A stretch of 64,000 nt of DNA from an uncultured virus (IMG/VR IMGVR_UViG_3300034280_000588) (IMGVR_UViG_3300034280_000588), one strand, 5' to 3'. Positions 7,660 to 17,319 are shown, counted from the stretch's first letter. The notes: a model not told the origin generated them from the letters alone. Program-made: numbers and translations.

Positions 7660-8361
7660 GTGACAAAACAAGTAGATCTAGAAGAAATAAAAAGCAAGAT
7701 TATAGAAAAACTAGAGCCATCTGGATGGGCAAGCAAATTGAGAGGCTTTATCAAGAGCTCTGACTTTGATAAAATATTAAATATTTTATACAATTTAAGA
7801 AAAGAAGGTAAAAGATTTACTCCTCCACTTAAACATGTTTTTACAGCATTTGAAAAATGTCCTGTAAAAGGACTAAGAGTGGTGGTAATAGGCCAAGACC
7901 CTTACCCATATATAAATGTGGCAGATGGTATGGCTTTTAGTTGCAGTATTACAAAGAAGGCTCAACCTAGTTTGAGATTTATCTTTGAAACTATAGATAA
8001 GACAAAAGATCATGATCCAGATCTCACCAGATGGGCTGATCAAGGAGTGCTTCTTTTAAATTCGGCACTCACATGTGAAATAGATAAAGTGGGCAGTCAT
8101 GCAGCTATATGGAAAGACTTTATAGCTTATGTCATAGACATGCTTAATTTCACAGATAGTGGACTAGTATTTATATTACTAGGTTCTAAAGCACAAGAAC
8201 TAGAACCTCTTATAGGGCCAAACCATTACATTCTAAAAGCTTCACATCCAGCATCTGCTGCACACAATGGCACTTATGTTTGGGACTGTAAAGACATATG
8301 GAATGAAACAAACAGGCTTCTAGAAGGAAACTATGGTAAACAACTTAGAATTGATTGGTAA
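7660..8361 (+). CDS. ung: uracil-DNA glycosylase, family 1
   Basis: VVIGQDPY, GMAFS, QGVLLLN and HPAS motifs. Confidence 0.95.
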   Translation: MTKQVDLEEIKSKIIEKLEPSGWASKLRGFIKSSDFDKILNILYNLRKEGKRFTPPLKHVFTAFEKCPVKGLRVVVIGQDPYPYINVADGMAFSCSITKKAQPSLRFIFETIDKTKDHDPDLTRWADQGVLLLNSALTCEIDKVGSHAAIWKDFIAYVIDMLNFTDSGLVFILLGSKAQELEPLIGPNHYILKASHPASAAHNGTYVWDCKDIWNETNRLLEGNYGKQLRIDW

Positions 8362-8378
8362 AATTAAAAGATTTTAAA

Positions 8379-8732
8379 ATGGCAGTTAACAAAGTAGATT
8401 TAACAATTAGTCAATTAATCAATGACCTTAATGAAGGATTTACATGGCTTAAGAAAGATGATCTTGGCTATGGAAGTATAGAAGTAAAATATGGTGCTAA
8501 TGAAAAGCAAATAGCTGCTATCAGAAAACATCCAGCACTTAAAGATGCAGAGACTAGTATTACAATCTTTAACATTATAGACGACACTAAAAATGACAAT
8601 ACCACCAGTATTACCAAAGGATCGTCATCTAACGGGTCAAGTAATGCAGTGGAACAACCAAAGTTGGGTGTGGTTACCCCACTTACAGAAGTGGTATCCA
8701 CTGACGCAGCAAACATCTTTGCAAATCTCTAA
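8379..8732 (+). CDS. hypothetical protein
   Basis: MAVNKVDLTISQLINDL...; ATG at 8379 after an A-rich leader. Confidence 0.7.
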   Translation: MAVNKVDLTISQLINDLNEGFTWLKKDDLGYGSIEVKYGANEKQIAAIRKHPALKDAETSITIFNIIDDTKNDNTTSITKGSSSNGSSNAVEQPKLGVVTPLTEVVSTDAANIFANL

Positions 8733-8736
8733 TAAT

Positions 8737-10059
8737 ATGAGACCAAGTCCAACAGAAAGTGCTACATGGTATATGCCACATACATATAAACAAGGTAATG
8801 ATGGAAACATGTATACTATACAAATAAATAGTAATGGTGTGCATAAATGGGTACGAGCAGCAAGTAACAACTATATATTAATAGAACATAAAAGTAGTAA
8901 ACATCCATCTTATCACACTGTACCACCAACACAACAACTAACAACAAAACCCCTTAAAATGGCAAAAGCCGTAAAGACCATTACAAAAAAGACCACTCAA
9001 GAAGTGCGTCAAATTGAGACATCTTTGATTAACAAAGAAGAAGTATTTAAAATGCTGGCATTGGCAGAAGCCACTGGATTGCCATTATTGCTAGTGGGTG
9101 AGCCAGGTGTGGCAAAAACCAAAACTATTATAGATTATGCCAAGGCTTGGCTTAACAGGGATGGTAAAATGGCAAATGAAGATTTCATGAATAAAATTTA
9201 TGTTCTAGAGACTGATGAGGGCACAAAGTCTTCTGAAGTGAAGGGTATGCCTGACCTTGAGAAACTGTTTACACAAAACAAGTATGATCTTAACACTCCT
9301 ATTGCTGACGCAGAGATTGTTGTCATCAATGAGGTGGATAAGGCCAGTTCTGGTATTCGTAATGCCATGCTGGGTGTTATGAATGAGAAATTCTTGTTTA
9401 ATGGTAAACACAAGATTCCTTGTAAATGGAAGCTCTTTGTTGCTACATGTAATGAGATTCCTAAGGATGAGGTTAATAACCCTTTCTGGGACAGGTTTAT
9501 GCTGAAAATGCATGTAAACAGGGTGAGCGCAGGTGAAATGTCCAAGTATTACAGCAAGGGTGCTAGAAACTACCGTGAAAGCTTTAAAATTGGAATTCCT
9601 AACAGAGATGAAATTGAGTCTGTAGAAGTTTCAAATCGTAAACTTGAGAAGTATTTGGAAGTGGGCTACACCTCTAGTTCAGACCGAACTCTCACATTTG
9701 TTCCCACATTAACAAAAGCAATTAGTTATATATGGGATATTTCTGTAGATAAGGCTTTGGTGAAAACTGCCCAAATTATGATTGGTTCAAACGCGGGTAG
9801 TGATCTTCAAAACAAGTTGATGTCTGCAGAAGTGAAGGCAGTTATGTCTAAAGTTGAAATGCTTAATTCTCATGACACAAATGAGTCTTTAGAGCTTGCA
9901 ATAGGTGAAATTGAAGGAATTATTAATACATATGCTACAAGAGGTCTTCTTGAGAAAGATCAAGTGGAAGAGATTGAAGCATCTATGCAATATATTCTTC
10001 AAAATCATCCTGCTCGTAAGGACTATGATTTGTCAGAGGATTTTGAGAATGCAATGTAA
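8737..10059 (+). CDS. MoxR/RavA-like AAA+ ATPase (start 8737, alternative 8959)
   Basis: Walker A GEPGVAKT, INEVDK, ATCN and WDRF; adjacent to a VWA gene. Confidence 0.85.
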   Translation: MRPSPTESATWYMPHTYKQGNDGNMYTIQINSNGVHKWVRAASNNYILIEHKSSKHPSYHTVPPTQQLTTKPLKMAKAVKTITKKTTQEVRQIETSLINKEEVFKMLALAEATGLPLLLVGEPGVAKTKTIIDYAKAWLNRDGKMANEDFMNKIYVLETDEGTKSSEVKGMPDLEKLFTQNKYDLNTPIADAEIVVINEVDKASSGIRNAMLGVMNEKFLFNGKHKIPCKWKLFVATCNEIPKDEVNNPFWDRFMLKMHVNRVSAGEMSKYYSKGARNYRESFKIGIPNRDEIESVEVSNRKLEKYLEVGYTSSSDRTLTFVPTLTKAISYIWDISVDKALVKTAQIMIGSNAGSDLQNKLMSAEVKAVMSKVEMLNSHDTNESLELAIGEIEGIINTYATRGLLEKDQVEEIEASMQYILQNHPARKDYDLSEDFENAM

Positions 10060-10078
10060 TTTTTTTGTTTTAATGTTT

Positions 10079-10110
10079 CCCCCAGTGTGTCAAAAGCACT
10101 GGGGGTTTTT
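10079..10110 (+). terminator. intrinsic terminator
   Basis: CCCCCAGTG...CACTGGGGG followed by TTTTT. Confidence 0.8.
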
Positions 10111-10122
10111 AAAAAATAACAG

Positions 10123-11622
10123 ATGTCTAGAAAATACACCAATGTATACACCATCTTAGAGAAGGTGAAGAAAGGAGACTTTCAGTCATATTATAAAGAA
10201 GATGATGGTTTATTTGGAAAAATAGAGTTTTATAAAAAACCAGATCTTGTAAAACCTTACATGCACTATCTTGATGAAAAGAGTCTTGAATCAATAATGG
10301 ATCATTTTGTTTCAGATAGAAAGTCACTTTTAAAACTGTTAAATCATTTTACAAATGATTCAGCATCCACTAAAATATTAAAAGATAAAAAAGTATCTGA
10401 AGAACAGTTTTTTGCAGATGTTAAGGAAAAGAGAAAAACATTTCCAAAGCATTTATTGAAGGATATATTCAAGATGTATTATCACAACATAAAAGATTTG
10501 GAATTTGAACAAAGAAAGAGTGAGAACAAAGGAAAATATAAGTTTTTAGAACATGCAAACAATCCTGTTTCTAAAATCATGACAGAGTCTTCAAGCTTGA
10601 AGTCTTCTATTTTTGCAAGAAATATTGTTGGTTATTACTTAGCCAAACTTGCAGTGCTACAATATGTAGATCCTCAACTTGAAAAAGATATATCAGATGA
10701 GCTACAAAGAACAGCATCAAATGATTTTGATAATGATGTTCTAAATGATCTTTTTAAAAAGGCTTTTGATAATGACAAAGACAAGAATATTTTAGAAAAA
10801 ATTGTTGAAGAATCTAAAGACTTATGCAGAGGAATTGATCAAATAATGGATAAGGATATGCAAGAAGACATGTTTGAAGCAGCTTCTTATGATGATTCAG
10901 CATCAAAAATTTCTTTAAACTATGTTGATGACATTAAACAAAAACTTCAAAAGATAAATATCTCTACAGGTGCTATGAAGGAGAAGATTAAAAAGCTTTT
11001 GGATAAGTCTATTAATTATTTTAGCGCAAAGAAGAAAACAATATATAATGACATCTTTAATTCTGATAATATTCAGGATATTGTAGATTATGAGTTTTTT
11101 CATCCAAAGCTAAAGAAGAGTCTTATAGAAGACATTATGGTGAGGGAAACCAAAAGCATTGGAAAGATAGATGTCTATGTAGATTGTTCTGGTAGTATGT
11201 CTTCAAGCTGTGGCTCAAAGAATAAAAATGGAGAATCTGTTAGCAAAATTGATTTTGTAAAAGCCTTTATTTGTAAGTTAAAAGACTTGGATTTGCTCAA
11301 TGATCTTTATCAATTTGATAGTAAAGTGAAAAAGAACAAATCTGATGTTATTAGCATTTCTTTAATAAATGCAGGAGGAGGTACTGATATTAACAAAGTG
11401 GTTAAAAACATAATTGCAAATAAAAGAAATGCAATAGTTCTTACAGATGCGGAAGACCATTGTGCAAATTATTCAGAGCTGGCCTATTTTATAGGTGTAA
11501 AGGGAGCACAATTTCACTATTTTGAGTCTACTGTTTTAGAACAATATGTCAACTCTAGTCAAATAATTGTTTTTGACGGGGAGAAAATTAATCAAGTTGA
11601 TAAAAAAGGACATATTCTCTAA
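10123..11622 (+). CDS. VWA-domain protein (ViaA-like MoxR partner)
   Basis: MIDAS DCSGS, GGGTDI and VLTDA in the C-terminal domain. Confidence 0.85.
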   Translation: MSRKYTNVYTILEKVKKGDFQSYYKEDDGLFGKIEFYKKPDLVKPYMHYLDEKSLESIMDHFVSDRKSLLKLLNHFTNDSASTKILKDKKVSEEQFFADVKEKRKTFPKHLLKDIFKMYYHNIKDLEFEQRKSENKGKYKFLEHANNPVSKIMTESSSLKSSIFARNIVGYYLAKLAVLQYVDPQLEKDISDELQRTASNDFDNDVLNDLFKKAFDNDKDKNILEKIVEESKDLCRGIDQIMDKDMQEDMFEAASYDDSASKISLNYVDDIKQKLQKINISTGAMKEKIKKLLDKSINYFSAKKKTIYNDIFNSDNIQDIVDYEFFHPKLKKSLIEDIMVRETKSIGKIDVYVDCSGSMSSSCGSKNKNGESVSKIDFVKAFICKLKDLDLLNDLYQFDSKVKKNKSDVISISLINAGGGTDINKVVKNIIANKRNAIVLTDAEDHCANYSELAYFIGVKGAQFHYFESTVLEQYVNSSQIIVFDGEKINQVDKKGHIL

Positions 11623-11645
11623 ATGTATTGTTCCAGGGGTTAGAA

Positions 11646-11689
11646 AAGGAAGAAGAGGGTGCACATAAGTGCACTCTCTCACCTTCCTT
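11646..11689. terminator. hairpin at convergent junction
   Basis: AAGGAAG..GAGGGTGCAC-ATAA-GTGCACTCTC..CTTCCTT. Confidence 0.6.
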
Positions 11690-11801
11690 GTCCTCTATAT
11701 TTAGATACTTTCTTACATTTAGGACCTCTAGATTTAGCAGCTTTACCACCTTTTCTAGATCCAAATGTAACTTTTCTAAGATCGTTTGTTGATTTTGGCA
11801 T
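11679..11801 (-). CDS. tiny basic protein ending KYRGQGR (40 aa), not in ORF track
   Basis: MPKSTNDLRKVTFGSRKGGKAAKSRGPKCKKVSKYRGQGR, translated by hand. Confidence 0.75.
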   Translation of the reverse strand: MPKSTNDLRKVTFGSRKGGKAAKSRGPKCKKVSKYRGQGR

Positions 11802-11813
11802 TTTATGTGGTTT

Positions 11814-12140
11814 TTAGAATTCTTCACCTTCCACTCCTGATTCAAATTCTTCAGGAACTTCAAGAACATCAATTTCAGTGGTTTCCTCTCCTTCAGTTTC
11901 AATGGTGGTTTTTGCTACAGCTGTAGCTACAAGACCAGCAACAAGAAGATTTTTAAACAATACACTCACCCAAGGAAGGAGTGTAAAAGAAAATTCAGGA
12001 AGGACAGTTTGTCCCAATTTTTCAGCTGTAAGTACAGCTGCAGAGCCTACAGTGATCATAAGGCTCCATTTAATCATCACTTTAAAAAATTCAGGTTCAG
12101 GAGAACTAAGTCTTGTAAGAATGTTCATTTCTCTTGCCAT
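11814..12140 (-). CDS. two-TM membrane protein, holin candidate
   Basis: Two hydrophobic segments and an acidic C-tail. Confidence 0.55.
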   Translation of the reverse strand: MAREMNILTRLSSPEPEFFKVMIKWSLMITVGSAAVLTAEKLGQTVLPEFSFTLLPWVSVLFKNLLVAGLVATAVAKTTIETEGEETTEIDVLEVPEEFESGVEGEEF

Positions 12141-12160
12141 TTTGATATAGTTTTTAAGGG

Positions 12161-15100
12161 TTAAAATTCGTTAGGTACAACAATAGGATCGTTTATAGTT
12201 ATATTAGCTATTTGCTGACAACCTCTGTTATCTGTCACAGTGTATGTGTAAAAACCAGAAGGTTGACTAAAAGAACCTGTTCCTGTGTATGGAGGTGTAC
12301 CACCAGATCCATTAATAGTAATGGTAGATGTTCCACCTACGCATGTAAGTGTAGTAGCAGAAGGAACTACAACTAATTGAGGAGGTTCTGCTAGGTTAAT
12401 AGATGTGTTAAATTTAGCACCATTAGCATCTGTTATAGTGAATACACTCAGTCCAGCACTTCTTGTAAATGTGCCAGTTCCAATATAAGGACTCTGTCCA
12501 CCTGATGCACTGACAGTAACTACAGTTGTACCTCCTTTACAAGGAATACCTGCAGTCACAGAACAACTAGCTGTTAAAGGTGTAGGTTGTGTAACTGTAA
12601 AGCTATTGCTTACAGTGCACGCTTTAGCATCTCTAGTAGTGATTGTATGTGCTCCAGCTGCCACTTTAGAAAATACATTACTAGACTGATATGTACCCCC
12701 ATCTAATGAATAAACATAAGGAGATGTACCACCAGTAGCAAAAGGCTGGGTTACAGATGTAGAATCTCCATTAATAAGTATATTATTAAATACAGGAGCA
12801 GATGCAGCTAATACTGCAGGTTGTGTAATTACAATCTCTATAGTGTCTTTTACATTGACATTATCAGTTACAATAAACTGATGTGTACCAGCAGCTCTTG
12901 TAAACACTCCAGTGCCTGAATAAGGACTAATTCCTCCTGTAGCACCTATATTCACTGTAGTTGTGCCTCCATTACAAGATATTGTACCTGCAGTGCCAGA
13001 TGCATTAAGAACACTAGGCTCACTAACTACAAAGTTTTTAGTGGTAATACAACCATTAACATCTTTTGTATTTACTAAATAAGTTCCTGCAGTGACACCT
13101 GTAAACACATTAGAAGCTTGATAAGGGGATGTGTTAAGTGAATACTGATAAGGACTAACACCACCAGACGCTCCAGGTTGAGTGACTGTAGTGGTTCCAC
13201 CATTGATTAAAATAGGAGGTGCTGTAGGAGTTCCTGATACAAGAAGTGTAGGCTGTGTAAGTGAAACAGTTCTTGTTGCAGAACATCCATTAGCATCTTT
13301 CACTGAATATACCACTGTACCAACAGCTTGTGTGAAGTTACCAATACCAGAATAAGGGGTGATTCCTCCTGATGCTGTGATTGCAACAACTGCTGTACCA
13401 CCATTACAAAGAATACTTGCAGGAGTTTCAACAGAATTAACAACAATAGCAGAAGGTTCTGTAATAGCAATGCTTCTTGTAATAGCACAAGCATTAGCAT
13501 CTGTAATTGTTACATTGTAAACACCTGCAGAAAGACCTGTTCTATTCTGTGTAGTTTGTCCTGTGTTCCAAAGATATGTGTATGCTCCTGTGCCTCCAGA
13601 AGGAGAAATAGTAATATTACCAGTGGATTGACCACCGCATAATACATTAGTTTGATTTGCAGTGGCAGTAAGAGCAACAGGTTGTGCTACTACAATACTA
13701 GTGGTAGCAGTTGCCCCTGCAGCATCTGTAACAGTGAATGTATAAGTGCCAGCATTACGGGTGAATGTACCAGTTCCTGTATAAGGAGGAAGACCACCAT
13801 TACCACTAACATTTACGCTAGTAGTTCCACCGTTACAAAGAATAGGGGCAGCACTTGCTGAAGCAGAAAGAGTACCTGGTTCTGTAAGACTAATAGATTT
13901 ACCAATAGTACACTGATTGGCATCTTTAATAGTGATGCTATACAATCCTGCACTTACATTGGGAAATACATTGCTAGATTGATAAGCACCTGTACCAAGT
14001 CTGTATTCATACCCAGATGTAGTTATAGAACTTCTAATAAACTCAATTTCAGATAGTTGTATGCAACATGAAATAGAGGGCGTAAGAACAGATGTAAGAT
14101 TAAGACGATAAGTTGTATATGCTGTAGTGTTTGAAATTGTATATGTCTTCTTTAAGAATCTACTAGCAAATGTTTCACCAGTTCTTGTATCTAATGTCAC
14201 CCATGTAACACCACCATTGTTAGAACCCATAAGATTCCAACTTGTAGGGTCTCTTTCAGGAAGATCACCACCAGATGTAAGTGTATATGATGTCACTATT
14301 TGTCCAGCACCTGAAAGAGTGTATTGAATCCATGAAGCTCTTGTTGTAGGGTTGGCATTAGCAAAGTCTACCCACTTTGTATTTGGATTATTATCAATCA
14401 GTAAAGCTTTAGGTTCAGCGGGAACTTCTCCTTGCACTGTTAATGTACCCGGTAATTCTGTAATATCTGTAGAATTAGAAACAGAAGTATTAGTTACACC
14501 CCCTGTAGCAATAGGTTGTGTAATTGTTGTTGTCCCTTTGTTCACTGTTATAGGCGGAGCTGTAGGATTACCTGCAGCGAGAGGAGTAGGTTGGGTGATG
14601 GTCTGAGTGGTAGTAGTGGTACAACCCCTAGAGTCAGTGATAGTGCAGGTGTAGGTTCCAACTGGAATTCCAGTTCTGTTTTGTGTAGTGACACCTCCAC
14701 CCCAATTGTACGTATAAGGTGAAGTTCCTCCTGTAGGAGTGACATTGATGCTTCCTGTTGACGCTCCATGACAAAGAACATCTGTTTTTGCAGATGTTGC
14801 TGCAAGCGTTGCTGGTTGAGATAGGACAATAGTGGTTGTTGTTGTATTAGGTGTGGGCGTTGTAGCATCTGTAACTGTAAAGGTATATGTACCAGCTGTC
14901 CTTGAAAACGTACCTGTCCCCGTGTAAGGAGGCGTACCCCCAGTAGCAGCTACAGTAACAGTGGTAGACCCCCCATTACAAGCAATAGAAGTTTGTATAG
15001 AAGAACTAGCTATTAATCCCCCTACAGTTGCAGTACCATTAGGAAAGAATATATTACCATAATAAGGAAGAATAACAGCACTATTATTATAAACCACTCC

Positions 15101-17122
15101 TTTATAATCTATTTTACTTAAACCAGGAAATGAGTAAGTAAAAGGAGTGGATGTAGCATTGTATCGAAAGTCAGGAGTGGTTGATGGAAAAGTTGTATCT
15201 TTTGCAGATTTACCTGACCATGTGCTCCAATTAGATGTTTTAAAAGGTGCTAACCCAGCAGCAACACCATTAGTTGCATAACTATTAACCATGTATGGAG
15301 ATGGAGCAAAATTTGAAACATAGTTACTATCAATGACACCCATGTTTTGCAATTGGGATTGAATTTGAGATATACTAGAATTATCATAAGTGTAATATGC
15401 AAATGAATAATTCCAATTACACAATCCATTTCCACCGCCATTGCTGTACAATGCATTTTTTTTAATATTCATTGAAACAGGAGTAAGTTGTACTGGCGGA
15501 TATCTCCAAACTCTCATTGCACTAGGCCAACCAATAGTAATATTTTCTCTTACGTTGAGATTTCTAGCACCATTAAAGTAATATCCAGCATCGTCATAAG
15601 TATTAGTAACACCTCCGCAAGATCCAGTAAGTGTACTTTGAGCACTATAAAGAGAAGGACCTACTACATTACTATCAATAATAGCATTGGATGCTCCTCC
15701 GTCCATATAAATACCATATCCCTGTGTGTTTAATCCAGGTGTTGATGTGCCGTACAAAAATTTACCAGAGTTAAGAATAATATTATTCTTAAGTCTTCTA
15801 TTTGTAAAATTGATATTACCATCTTGATCCCATGCATAAATACCTCCTCCATCTGATTTTGCAATACAAGGAAAAGAAATAACATTTTTTTCTAAGGTGA
15901 TATTGCTTCCATAGAATCTAATACCAGCATATCCAATAGAATCTATAATGTTTTGACTACAGGTTACAACAGAACTATTGCCTGTTTCTATTTCAATACC
16001 TGTATGCTGATTATCTTGATTACCTTGTGTTCCTGCTCCACCATTAGTTAAACCAGCAAGTCCTTCAATATTACCGCAGGTCTCAACTGTATTACCTCTA
16101 ATAGTTGCACTACTTGTCACCCAAATACCGTTAGAACCAATATCTCTAACTAAGTTGTTTTCTATAAGTGCATTAGAACCTCTTAAATCAATACCCCATC
16201 CTTGAGCAAATCTTACATAACAGTTTCTAATTGTAACATTTGAACCACTTCCAGTGATGGCTTTTTCAGTGCAACCTTGTACATCAAGACCATCGATAGT
16301 AATATTAGTATTGCCTCCTAATGTAATAAGCGTGGTAAGAGTGGGAAATCTAATAGTTCCAAGAGTGGAAGGATTGCTTGTAGAAAACATTGTAAGCAAC
16401 TTTGTAGAGTTGCTAAAGTGCCATTCATTTTGTTGGTCAAGTGTAGCTAAATTATTTTGTACAAAATAACCCCAATTACCATTAGAAAAACCATTAGCAG
16501 TAATTCCATACATTCCTGCTGGATTGTTACAATTAATTGTTGTACCTGAAATAGAATTAATAGGCATTACATCAAGATTCCAGTTGTTCTTAAAGAGAAC
16601 CAGCTCACCACCAACATAAGAAGGCGAAATTGCTGTAACTGATGTAACATTAATTGGTGTTACTGCAGTTAAATTACCACTATATCTAATCCATGCTGCA
16701 AACCCGTCTACATAGTTAGGAAATCTACCATTTCTAACTATTTGACCATTAAGCGTAAGAAGCCTAATATTGTTAAGAGTTGTAGAAATAGTAGTGGCCC
16801 ATCTGTTTGTACCAGTATTGCTCCAAGATGATGGTGTGACAAATCCTGTAATAACAGGTAAATTGCCTGTACCATAAGCACCAAGAGTGATTCCAGATTT
16901 ACCAACAGCAATTGTACCAAAAAATGTACCTCCTCTTTGGAAATAAATTCTGTCTCCAGAATTAATACTTCCCCAAGAAGAGTTTAGTTTGGCAATAGTT
17001 GCCCATGGTGCAGATGTACTCTGACCATTATTGGCATCACTACCGCTATTACTAATGTAATAGTCAATAGCATAAGATTTAAAAGAAAACAATACAAGAA
17101 AGATAGCTAATAGCTTTTTCAT
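12161..17122 (-). CDS. secreted adhesin-like protein: signal peptide, right-handed beta-helix, SprB-like repeats and an inserted discoidin/F5-8-like domain
   Basis: MKKLLAIFLVLFSFKSYA-IDYYISNSGSDANNG; beta-helix repeats (GIWV, GIEI, GIRF, DGGGIY, GIYMD); many C-x-G...GGxxPY...AGxYxxxVTD..GC repeats; ERDPTSWNLMGSNNG...QLSEIEF. Confidence 0.8.
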   Translation of the reverse strand: MKKLLAIFLVLFSFKSYAIDYYISNSGSDANNGQSTSAPWATIAKLNSSWGSINSGDRIYFQRGGTFFGTIAVGKSGITLGAYGTGNLPVITGFVTPSSWSNTGTNRWATTISTTLNNIRLLTLNGQIVRNGRFPNYVDGFAAWIRYSGNLTAVTPINVTSVTAISPSYVGGELVLFKNNWNLDVMPINSISGTTINCNNPAGMYGITANGFSNGNWGYFVQNNLATLDQQNEWHFSNSTKLLTMFSTSNPSTLGTIRFPTLTTLITLGGNTNITIDGLDVQGCTEKAITGSGSNVTIRNCYVRFAQGWGIDLRGSNALIENNLVRDIGSNGIWVTSSATIRGNTVETCGNIEGLAGLTNGGAGTQGNQDNQHTGIEIETGNSSVVTCSQNIIDSIGYAGIRFYGSNITLEKNVISFPCIAKSDGGGIYAWDQDGNINFTNRRLKNNIILNSGKFLYGTSTPGLNTQGYGIYMDGGASNAIIDSNVVGPSLYSAQSTLTGSCGGVTNTYDDAGYYFNGARNLNVRENITIGWPSAMRVWRYPPVQLTPVSMNIKKNALYSNGGGNGLCNWNYSFAYYTYDNSSISQIQSQLQNMGVIDSNYVSNFAPSPYMVNSYATNGVAAGLAPFKTSNWSTWSGKSAKDTTFPSTTPDFRYNATSTPFTYSFPGLSKIDYKGVVYNNSAVILPYYGNIFFPNGTATVGGLIASSSIQTSIACNGGSTTVTVAATGGTPPYTGTGTFSRTAGTYTFTVTDATTPTPNTTTTTIVLSQPATLAATSAKTDVLCHGASTGSINVTPTGGTSPYTYNWGGGVTTQNRTGIPVGTYTCTITDSRGCTTTTTQTITQPTPLAAGNPTAPPITVNKGTTTITQPIATGGVTNTSVSNSTDITELPGTLTVQGEVPAEPKALLIDNNPNTKWVDFANANPTTRASWIQYTLSGAGQIVTSYTLTSGGDLPERDPTSWNLMGSNNGGVTWVTLDTRTGETFASRFLKKTYTISNTTAYTTYRLNLTSVLTPSISCCIQLSEIEFIRSSITTSGYEYRLGTGAYQSSNVFPNVSAGLYSITIKDANQCTIGKSISLTEPGTLSASASAAPILCNGGTTSVNVSGNGGLPPYTGTGTFTRNAGTYTFTVTDAAGATATTSIVVAQPVALTATANQTNVLCGGQSTGNITISPSGGTGAYTYLWNTGQTTQNRTGLSAGVYNVTITDANACAITRSIAITEPSAIVVNSVETPASILCNGGTAVVAITASGGITPYSGIGNFTQAVGTVVYSVKDANGCSATRTVSLTQPTLLVSGTPTAPPILINGGTTTVTQPGASGGVSPYQYSLNTSPYQASNVFTGVTAGTYLVNTKDVNGCITTKNFVVSEPSVLNASGTAGTISCNGGTTTVNIGATGGISPYSGTGVFTRAAGTHQFIVTDNVNVKDTIEIVITQPAVLAASAPVFNNILINGDSTSVTQPFATGGTSPYVYSLDGGTYQSSNVFSKVAAGAHTITTRDAKACTVSNSFTVTQPTPLTASCSVTAGIPCKGGTTVVTVSASGGQSPYIGTGTFTRSAGLSVFTITDANGAKFNTSINLAEPPQLVVVPSATTLTCVGGTSTITINGSGGTPPYTGTGSFSQPSGFYTYTVTDNRGCQQIANITINDPIVVPNEF

Positions 17123-17157
17123 AAAATGGTTGTTTGTTTATAATTTTGACACAATAT

Positions 17158-17307
17158 TTAATTTTGAGTATTAGATTGAGCTTTTGCGGCTTGTACCAAA
17201 GCTCTAGCTTCTTCAACAGTCTTACCTTCTTTGATATAATCAGACACTCTTTTATCTTGAGCATCTCTAATTGCTTGTTCTTCTGGGGTTACTTTTCTTA
17301 TTGGCAT
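17158..17307 (-). CDS. small hypothetical protein (49 aa), not in ORF track as such
   Basis: MPIRKVTPEEQAIRDAQDKRVSDYIKEGKTVEEARALVQAAKAQSNTQN with A-rich leader. Confidence 0.6.
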   Translation of the reverse strand: MPIRKVTPEEQAIRDAQDKRVSDYIKEGKTVEEARALVQAAKAQSNTQN

Positions 17308-17319
17308 AATGTTTAAATT

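Noticed and set aside
8593..8736. ORF-track N-terminal extension of the MoxR ATPase
   Set aside because: It overlaps the preceding gene by 140 bp; the ATGs at 8737 and 8959 fit the gene packing better.
11588..11902. 104-aa minus-strand ORF from the track
   Set aside because: It overlaps two genes and the terminator; the 40-aa YRGQGR frame explains the interval better.
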